A stretch of DNA of 64,000 nt, taken from Eledone cirrhosa. Lineage: Eukaryota. The first letter of the stretch is position 1, and each line of letters starts with the position of its first letter. The stretch covers positions 367,846,001-367,910,000 of the forward strand of contig OZ024740.1 in assembly GCA_964016885.1 (NCBI GenBank), read 5' to 3'. Of this stretch, positions 56,038 to 64,000 are shown piece by piece. The position numbers and the translations under genes were made by a program. A model generated the notes under the pieces. The model made no database searches and was not told the origin of the DNA. It saw only the letters and a program-made list of their open reading frames with translations.

Positions 56038-56960
56038 TAGGAAGAAAAAGACGATTATTAGGAAGAAAAATTTTTTTTTTTCCATTTTCATTGTTTTCTC
56101 TTTTTTTCTGGGCTAGATAATGTTTAAAGCAAAATATTTTACTTTCTGTGAGGTCTTAAGTTATTAGTTAATTTATTTATTAATTAACAATGGCATCTAT
56201 TTATTTATTTATTTATATATTTAATAATCGTCTATTACCGGTTTCAGCATTTTATGTATTATCAAAGGGGGGGAATTTGTATTGGTATAAAATGGTGGAG
56301 AGAAAATAATGTGATGTTGAAAATGGTAAGGAAATGAGAAAGAATAATGTTATTTACAAAAGAAAAAAGAAAAAAAGAAAAAAAGAAAAAAAAAAGGGGG
56401 GGGGGGAGTTAAGCAGTTAAAAAAGCGTTATTATGGCAAGAGCGCTTGGTTGGTTCATAATAGAAGCCCCCATTATGGACCAACCGAGCGCTCTTGCCAT
56501 AATAACACATTTTGAACTGCTTACCTTCAAGAACTATGCCTGTAAATAATATTATTCTTTCTTTCCTATTACCTTATCATGTTCCACATCATCCCCCTCC
56601 CTTTTTTTTCTTTTTTCTTTTTACTTCAAAATCCTCGTTTGTAAATAATATTATTCTTTCTTTCCCATTTCCTTAACATGTTCAACATCACATTATTTTC
56701 TCTCCAACATTTTATACCAATACAAATTCCCACCTTTGATAATGCATAACATACTGAAACCGGTAATAGACAATTATTAAATATATAAATAAATAAATAA
56801 ATAAATAAATGCTATTGTTAATTAATGAATACATTAACTAACACTTTAACACTTCACACAAAGTAAAATATTTTGTTTTAAACATTTTCTAATCCAGAAA
56901 AAAGAGACAAATTAAAGGAACAGAAATATTTTTCTTCCTAATAATCGTCTTTTTCTCCCT
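56038..56960. mobile_element. ~900-bp foldback element with a variant hammerhead-like motif in each arm
   Basis: Arms are reverse-complementary from end to end. Central near-perfect hairpin GTTATTATGGCAAGAGCGCT..AGCGCTCTTGCCATAATAAC. TTGATAA..GAAACCGGTA at 56736-56765 (+) and ~56236-56265 (-). TA flanks. Confidence 0.8.
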
Positions 56961-57123
56961 ATTTACATATATATATATATTCCAACTCTTGTGCTCCTTC
57001 TTCTCATTTTATACTTATATATATATATATAAATTAACATGGCTTTAAAAATGAGGCCTGTTTGCATAATTGCAAACGAATTGATGTTACAATTATTAAT
57101 ATTCGAAAAACTCAAATAACATT

Positions 57124-57172
<49 letters not shown>

Positions 57173-57174
57173 CA

Positions 57175-57275
57175 GATAGGGTGTGGTAAAATACCAGGTG
57201 GACTATAATGCAGCAGAGTACTCGATACTTGGGGTAGTAGAGTGGATAATATGAAAAGATTCAGGACCCCGACGG
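57175..57275 (-). mobile_element. diverged family C long arm
   Basis: GTGTGGTAAAATACCAGGTGGAC...GAGTACTCGATAC...GACCCCGACGG. Confidence 0.6.
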
Positions 57276-57936
57276 ACGAGCACATATATATATATATATA
57301 TATAGAAAGAGCGTGAAAGAGTGGGGGGGGGCGCTTAGCTCCATAACAAATTACCAAATATAATTGAGAACACGTAATTCACACGGAGGATTCTTTATAT
57401 CGTGTATGGTTATAGCAAAAACGGAGCTGGCTGGATAAGGTAAAGGACATGACAGTAGTTGAGGCTGTGACAAGGAAGGTAACCCGAGTATGGCTGTTGT
57501 AGGTAGAACAACTTTTAAAGAACGATCACATGTGCTATTTCAGCCTGTCTTGCATGTCTTTCAGCGATTAAATAAACGTGTTGAGCCAAGCATTGTTACA
57601 TAACTTCTGCAAGATATTTACTCTTTCATCGATGCACAACACACAGGAATCGTTACATATACGTCTCAGTTTTGTGAGAATTTCACATTGGATGGATGTT
57701 CCGGCCGCATCATTGAGTGACCGTGTGTGACATCCCGGCTTCACTATAGACATACACGAGTTGAAAATTACGTCAGGTGAAACAAATGTTCTCAAATATG
57801 ATTTGTTAATTTTTTGCAGAAGTAACTCCTTACCGAAAATCGTACTTTGCAGTCAGTGCCCTACCAACTTCGGATATAGCCTCCCAGTTTTTCAATACTA
57901 TATATATATATATATATTTATACACGCACACATATA

Positions 57937-57968
<32 letters not shown>

Positions 57969-57969
57969 G

Positions 57970-58110
57970 TAGTACTCAATACTTAGGGTAGTAGAGTGGG
58001 TAATAGGAAAATGTATGACCCGACGGCAGAGCTCAAGTCGTTTCGACGCCTATGTCTAGAAATAGCCGTCGAAACGGCTCGAGCTCTGCCGTCGGTGTCA
58101 TACCTTTTCC
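57970..58110. mobile_element. family C palindromic mini-element
   Basis: CGACGGCAGAGCTCAAG.CGTTTCGACG..CGTCGAAACGGCTCGAGCTCTGCCGTCG palindrome with TA flanks. Confidence 0.78.
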
Positions 58111-58156
58111 TATATATATGTATATATATATATATATATAAGGGATATATATATAT

Positions 58157-58220
<64 letters not shown>

Positions 58221-58227
58221 TTTTAAT

Positions 58228-58387
58228 AGGACTAGAACTGTTTCATTCATTAGAAATCATCTGATGATTTCTAATGAATGAAACAGTTCTAGTCCTGTAG
58301 AATCTCATCTATATTAAAACTGTTATACTCTGCTATGTATTGAGTACCTTACTTACTGTGGTTACCTCCGATTCAACCCGGAATAAC

Positions 58388-58388
<1 letters not shown>
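58228..58388 (+). mobile_element. Hydra-like PLE terminus with inversion at the hammerhead core
   Basis: 58261-58388 is nearly identical to 29010-29137. 58228-58260 is the reverse complement of 58264-58296. Confidence 0.88.
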
Positions 58389-58420
<32 letters not shown>

Positions 58421-58421
<1 letters not shown>

Positions 58422-58682
58422 CAGAGGAGTTTTGGTCAGGAACCAGATGGACCATAACACACCAGAGTACTCAATACTAAAGGTAGTGGGGGGGGGGGGG
58501 GGGTAATAGGAGAAAGTATGACCCCCGACAGCAGAGCTCAAGCCGTTTCGACGGCTATTTCTGGACTAAAGTAAGAGCTCTTTAGACTAAAGTAAGAATT
58601 TTTTAGACGAAAAAAACTCTTGCTTTAGTCCAGAAATAGCCGGCGAAACGGTTTGAGCTCTGCCGTCTTGGTCATACTTTCT

Positions 58683-58684
<2 letters not shown>
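58421..58684. mobile_element. family C palindromic mini-element with longest central hairpin
   Basis: Arms as in other family C copies; centre GGCTATTTCTGGACTAAAGTAAGAG...CTCTTGCTTTAGTCCAGAAATAGCC. Confidence 0.78.
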
Positions 58685-58715
<31 letters not shown>

Positions 58716-59070
58716 TATTCCTCCTCTCTCACTTCCTCCCGTATGACCTGCGTGAAATATTCTTTCCTCTCTCACTTTTCTCGTGGCTCGGACGCGTCTG
58801 TTTCTTCTCGTCATTTGATTTGTCGGACTTAAGCCCACAAGATTCATTGACTTGTCTCTCTTTTTCTCTCTTTACGTTGTATTACTACCATGTTGCGTGT
58901 TTCCTTTCCTCTGTCCCGATAACTTAATTTAGTTATCGCTCGCACTGATTTTAGGTATCTAGTCTTTAATGCGAAGAAATACCAATGATTATCAGCAGGC
59001 TACTGATGACGGACATTCTTGTTTCTCGGTCTATTTTTATTCATATGTACGCAGCCCGCCATTTTTCATT

Positions 59071-59108
<38 letters not shown>

Positions 59109-59240
59109 ACGATGGAGGTGTGGTAAGGAACCAGCTGAACCATAACGCACCAGAGTACTCAATACTTAGGGTACTAGAGTGGGTAATTGGAAAATGTTTG
59201 ACCCCGACGGCAGAGCTCAAGCCGTTTCGACGGCTATTTC
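59109..59240 (-). mobile_element. family C long arm only
   Basis: GGTAAGGAACCAG...GACCCCGACGGCAGAGCTCAAGCCGTTTCGACGGCTATTT between TA tracts. Confidence 0.75.
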
Positions 59241-60925
59241 AGTATATATATATATATATAAACATTCATACATACATGTATATGTGTGTGTATGTGTATT
59301 GATTAAATAAGTTGTGTTTCTTTACTCACTTGTTCGTTATAATTGCAGAGTTAGAATACGAAACTCTGACGAACTAAGCGTAATATGACGATAATATGGT
59401 ATCGATCTAAAATTTCATATCAGACTGAACTTCTCAAGAAATACATTTCTCGACTTCAGAAAGATCAGTGACTTTTTAGATTATGATCAGTTTGAAATGA
59501 GATTTAATGTACGGAATAAAATTGAAGGAAAATATGCCATATGTTGGCAAAATGGATGTTTATTTAGCAAATTATAAGATGTTGTATCATTAATTTATTT
59601 TCTCTGAGGTGGCCATATATAATGTCTGATTTTCTTTTGGATTTCTTTATCGAAAAGTCTAACAAATCCTCCACTTCTTACAATAAAAGATGCTGGCTAA
59701 TGATGATAGTTTTTTATATTCACTTGATCTAGTTCTTTTAACCAGCCCGATTATTTTTCCTTCGGCAATTCATATATTCAATGTCATCGTGATACATATT
59801 CACATTGCACGATTTAATAGTCCACCAACTTTGCCACTTATTGGATACTTCTGAATTATCTTTCCAATACATTTTATTACAGTCATTCACGATTATGAAC
59901 TCTGTAACCGTTCGATCATATTTCTTTCATCCATTTCTTCAAATTTTCTTCTGTATTCTGTTTATTCTGCATATCTCTATTTCAATTAAGGAGGCACGGC
60001 GTTAACTGAAAATTCTTCACAAGAATATATTTCCAATTACACTTGCTACCGCTTATTAAACATAATGTTATATTCTAAATTATAGATGCATTTTTACTTT
60101 CTTACGTATGTTACATCTATATTAAATCATTTCTTAAGGAATTACGAATTACGAATGTCTAATGTAAGAAAGCTTAAATATTCTTTTGCCTGTATATTTA
60201 CAAACTACTTCAAATATTCTATTTCGTTTTCTCTCTTTGATAGTGGTGTTGCAATTCTGATTTATTCAGTCTCATTTGATTTGTCTGTGACCATGTTTCT
60301 CTGTTAAAACCTTTCTTGTAGGGACAACGCAGTAGCTATTCCTGTCATCATTTGAGCATTGTATTATTAGTTTTGGTTCTTAGCATTTTCAGAATTTCGC
60401 TGTTTGCTTTGCTTGTATCCAAATATCTCATTTTCACTTCAATACCGGCTTTGTATTTGCTTTGCTTGAGGAGAAAAATATATTTAACAAAAACATGTTG
60501 TTTGTGCATTCTAGCTATCTTTTTCTTTTCATTGATATTTACTAGGCATTTCCTTTGCCTAGAATCATTATTTTATAAGATGTTTTTGTTGCATCATCAT
60601 TTATTCTTTGTAAATATAAGTTCCACTCAGCGTTATAGCGCGTATCCCTAAGGTTGATGTTATTTTTCTTCTTATCTTGTCATGTTAATTCGTTTAGGGC
60701 CCAGTTGAGAATTTCTTGTATATATCATATAACTGATGCACAGAGAGTATTAACGGCTATTACCTTGCTTTTTTTGTATTAAGCTTAATTTTAGATATCT
60801 CTGTAGTATTCATTTTTAAGATATTTCTTCATTTATATTGTTTTTTCTCTTCTTTTACACCCACACCTTTGTAAGTCAGTGTTCCGTTTAATTCTCTCAT
60901 CTCTCATTATTGAATATGATTTAAG

Positions 60926-61110
60926 GGCGGTGGATTGGCAGTATCGGTAGAGGGTCGGACGCCATGCTTTCCAGCATAGTTACGTCCCTTTACGATCTGA
61001 GTTCAAATCCCGCCGAGGTTGACTTTGCCTTTCATCCTTACGGGGTCGATAAAATAAAGTACCAGTAATGCACTGGGTAATTTGCTGGCCTTGTGCCAAA
61101 AGTAGAAACA
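60926..61110 (+). mobile_element. full-length tRNA-derived SINE with 20-bp target-site duplication
   Basis: A-box TGGCAGTATCGGT, B-box GAGTTCAAATCC, core GCCTTTCATCCTTACGGGGTCGATAAA. TSD ATTATTGAATATGATTTAAG at 60906-60925 and 61111-61130. Confidence 0.92.
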
Positions 61111-61749
61111 ATTATTGAATATGATTTAAGTCTTCGTAACATTCTTCTCTTCAAAGTTGCTTGGCAATTTCTTATTACGAAACGCATAGTAATTCCTATT
61201 GCAATTTCTTATGCGTGTGTTACTAGTTTTCTAGCTGTTTATCACCACACCGCATAATCTGAGACTTTCTATGTAGGTGAGTCCCCCATAATGTAGTTAT
61301 GTAAGCAGCCTGTCCTGTTTTGAATGCTGGTAAACACTTTTACCACTGATCATAATAAGCTGAAAGAAGAAGGAGTCTCATTGAGATAATACTCGATTCT
61401 TACAGGTGGATTTAATTTTTATAACTCTCTTGCGTGTTCAAAACGAATTGTTAGTCATTTCCGCAATTGAGATACTTATTTGAGTTACATTACTCATACA
61501 TATAGTTTTTCAGGTTCGATGTGTGTAGCAGACCGTCAAAATCTCTCTGGTTGTAGATACGCTACCTTTTCAGTTGTAACTTCCTATCCAAAGGTCTCTT
61601 CTGCTCTTCTAGAAATATATTATGCGGTTCAAAATGATCATTTATCACTGAATTATTATCACTGATAAAACTTTAAAAGCTATAAGAAAGAAAGTTATAG
61701 TGTTGCATGTTTTAGGATGTGTTGCTTCTTTAGCTTTGATGACAAGTGG

Positions 61750-62600
61750 ATGCAATGGTATGCCATTTGCTAACGAGGGAATCCTTATCCTTTACTAGTG
61801 CCTTTGATTACCTCCTACCATCTTGGCCTCTCTGTATATGGATAATGGTTGTACCATTTTACCTCCATTTTCAAACCATAAAGCCTGCACAATACCCATG
61901 GTAAGTATTGCCTCACTCTATTATGCCTCCATTTATAGTCCTAGGGATATAATGCTTTGCAGGCTGAAACCAGGTAATTAATAGTGTCAACATGCATATC
62001 ATAGAATCGACAACTTGGGGCAATTCCGTTTCTGACCTATTTGGCTTGAAAGCCACTGATGCATGAGTGTTTTATCTACTTCAGGTGTTTTGATACGGAG
62101 AACATATTGCCCATGCAGTAGAATTTGCTCCTAGTAAGTGCACAGTCTCTGTTGGCCAACAATTTTATATCGTTTGCGGCTTTAATTTCAGTTTCGCCAT
62201 TATTTTCAAAATACATATATTCTTAATACTCCCGCAAATTTCCAACTTTCCACATGCCCGTTTGGGTGATATATTTTATTACAGGTCAAAATACCCCTGA
62301 TTTCGTTGTCCATTCACATAATTTCATTAACGTTCCAATTTAGGATATTGAAACTGTAGGTGGCAACTGTGATTTCTTTTCTGGCAGCTATTTATTTCTC
62401 GTGTTAAGCTCAATTTTCAAGGCAGCTCTTCGGTAGCATTCCTTCCTTCTCTCCTTCATCCTGGCGTGCTGAATGTTTCCCAAGATATATGTTGAGTCGA
62501 CTTGTTCTAGTTCCCTAATTACTGTATTCACATCGATTTCCTTTGAGCTTCTCTTGAGTTCCCTGCTCATGGACAGTTTAGCCTCATTTGCATACCGAGC
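61750..62600 (-). mobile_element. decayed R4/Dong-like non-LTR fragment (RT thumb and zinc knuckle)
   Basis: HARMKERRKECYRR..IELNTRNK..TYSFNILNW, and CRF..DTINYLVSAC..YKWRHNRV..WVLC..YG..KWYNH. Confidence 0.72.
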
Positions 62601-64000
62601 TGTAGGCCGGCTCGGCCTGATCAATATTATTCGATACACAAAAAACACATACTTCTATGTATATATATATATATATATATATATAAAGATATGTTGGAGA
62701 TGTGTCTATATACTAAGAATTGATAATGACTATTCAGCACAATAAAGAATGGTCAACGGTCTTAGTTTCCTTGTTGTGTAGTTTACTCTTGGTGTTATCA
62801 TCACGTTTCAATATATAATTTGTTCACTTGTTTTGGCTAGGCACGAGTCCTATGAAACTATAACCACACATTATATTCTGCCTTTAGCTGGATTGTATTT
62901 ATTCTTGTTTGTCGAGTTGTTTGGGATTTTAACCCCGTATGTATTCACTAACATGATATTGTTAGTATTATTATCATTATTGTTATATGAAATATGTACG
63001 TCGCAACACTGAGGGCGATAATGATACTTAGGAGCGAAAATTGAGTAATGTACTCTGGGAGATAGTTCCCTGCCAGGGATTGTGGGATGGATTCCATGTA
63101 GGAGTCTGCTACTCGAGATTTTGATTTGGATTATGGAATTCTATTTTGCAAGCGCACATAGTTTTCATTTTTTGTTTGTTATGGGAAAATGTTAAAATAT
63201 AATTTCATCAAATCATATTTCCAATAGGAAGGCAATTTTTATTATTTTCGAAACAGGTTTAAAAATGTAAAAAAAACAACAAATGTTTCTCAATATGTAT
63301 AAATATAGTAAAGTCAGTTTTATAACTTCAGGGCAGACTGTAGTTTGGGTTATACGTATTTTAAATATTTCAATACCCCTACATATCATTCCAGCGTGTT
63401 TCCCAAATATAGATGTGAAATATTTCATTGAAAGCGAGACTAAACGCAGTAAATTTATCCATCATTCATATATACAATATAAAATCAATTCATGCGTGAG
63501 GTATAATTTTGGATATTGAAAGGTATTCTGTGTAGATTCCTGTAAATTGTGTAAATGCTTAATTAACTAACAACAATTAATTTAAGAAAGTCTAACCCCA
63601 TTAATTCGTTCTATTTACAGCTTTTAAATATTAGAAAATTGTTTATGTCATCTTAGATTCTTGAACCATATGTTATATACTTCAGAATTATATTAACGAC
63701 AGATATGTACCTCTTTGAATTATTGGATATTATATAACGAGAATAATGGGAATGTCAATTGAAATGTGTTGTGTTTATCATGACATTTTTACATACACAT
63801 GACTGCTGCCATAACACATCTTCATTATAGTATTATATATATATTAATACCTGAAAAATAATCATTAAAAAATATATGTTAATTTATGAATTAAATATAG
63901 ACATAGCTCTCGAGCAATTTATTAATTGCCATGGAGTATATTTCAAACCTGGCATATCTCCACTGATAATGCTTCTTTCTTCTTCTTCTTTAGTTTGGTC

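Noticed and set aside
57360-57890. Possible Gypsy integrase remnant on the minus strand
   Set aside because: Similarity is too faint to support by eye.
59400-60900. Possible further R4/Dong-like remnant on the minus strand
   Set aside because: Purine-biased and suggestive, but no motif is clear enough to call.

Overview
This is AT-rich, microsatellite-laden eukaryotic DNA with no recognisable host gene. The SINE type and repeat landscape suggest an octopod cephalopod (inference). The window is mostly transposon-derived and dominated by Penelope-like elements (PLEs) inserted into (TA)n tracts. These include two Naiad-like families (RT plus C-terminal GIY-YIG), one well-preserved and one decayed Hydra-like PLE, and several non-coding PLE-type mini-elements. 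I count about 14 complete or degenerate type I hammerhead ribozyme (HHR) motifs, including a U3-A8 core variant, plus about 8 half-motifs lacking the core. Many PLE insertions are head-to-head inverted 3' ends with one short and one long arm. The two Naiad families share NRF1-like and YY1-like motifs upstream of the HHR and a conserved 3' tail. Other elements are a young Tx1/L1-like LINE 3' fragment, RTE, R4/Dong-like and CRE-like non-LTR fragments, a decayed Helitron RepHel, tRNA-derived SINEs and several foldback repeats. Most ORFs in the supplied track are artefacts of (TA)n/(TG)n repeats. All clade calls rest on motif recognition by eye and most boundaries are approximate.
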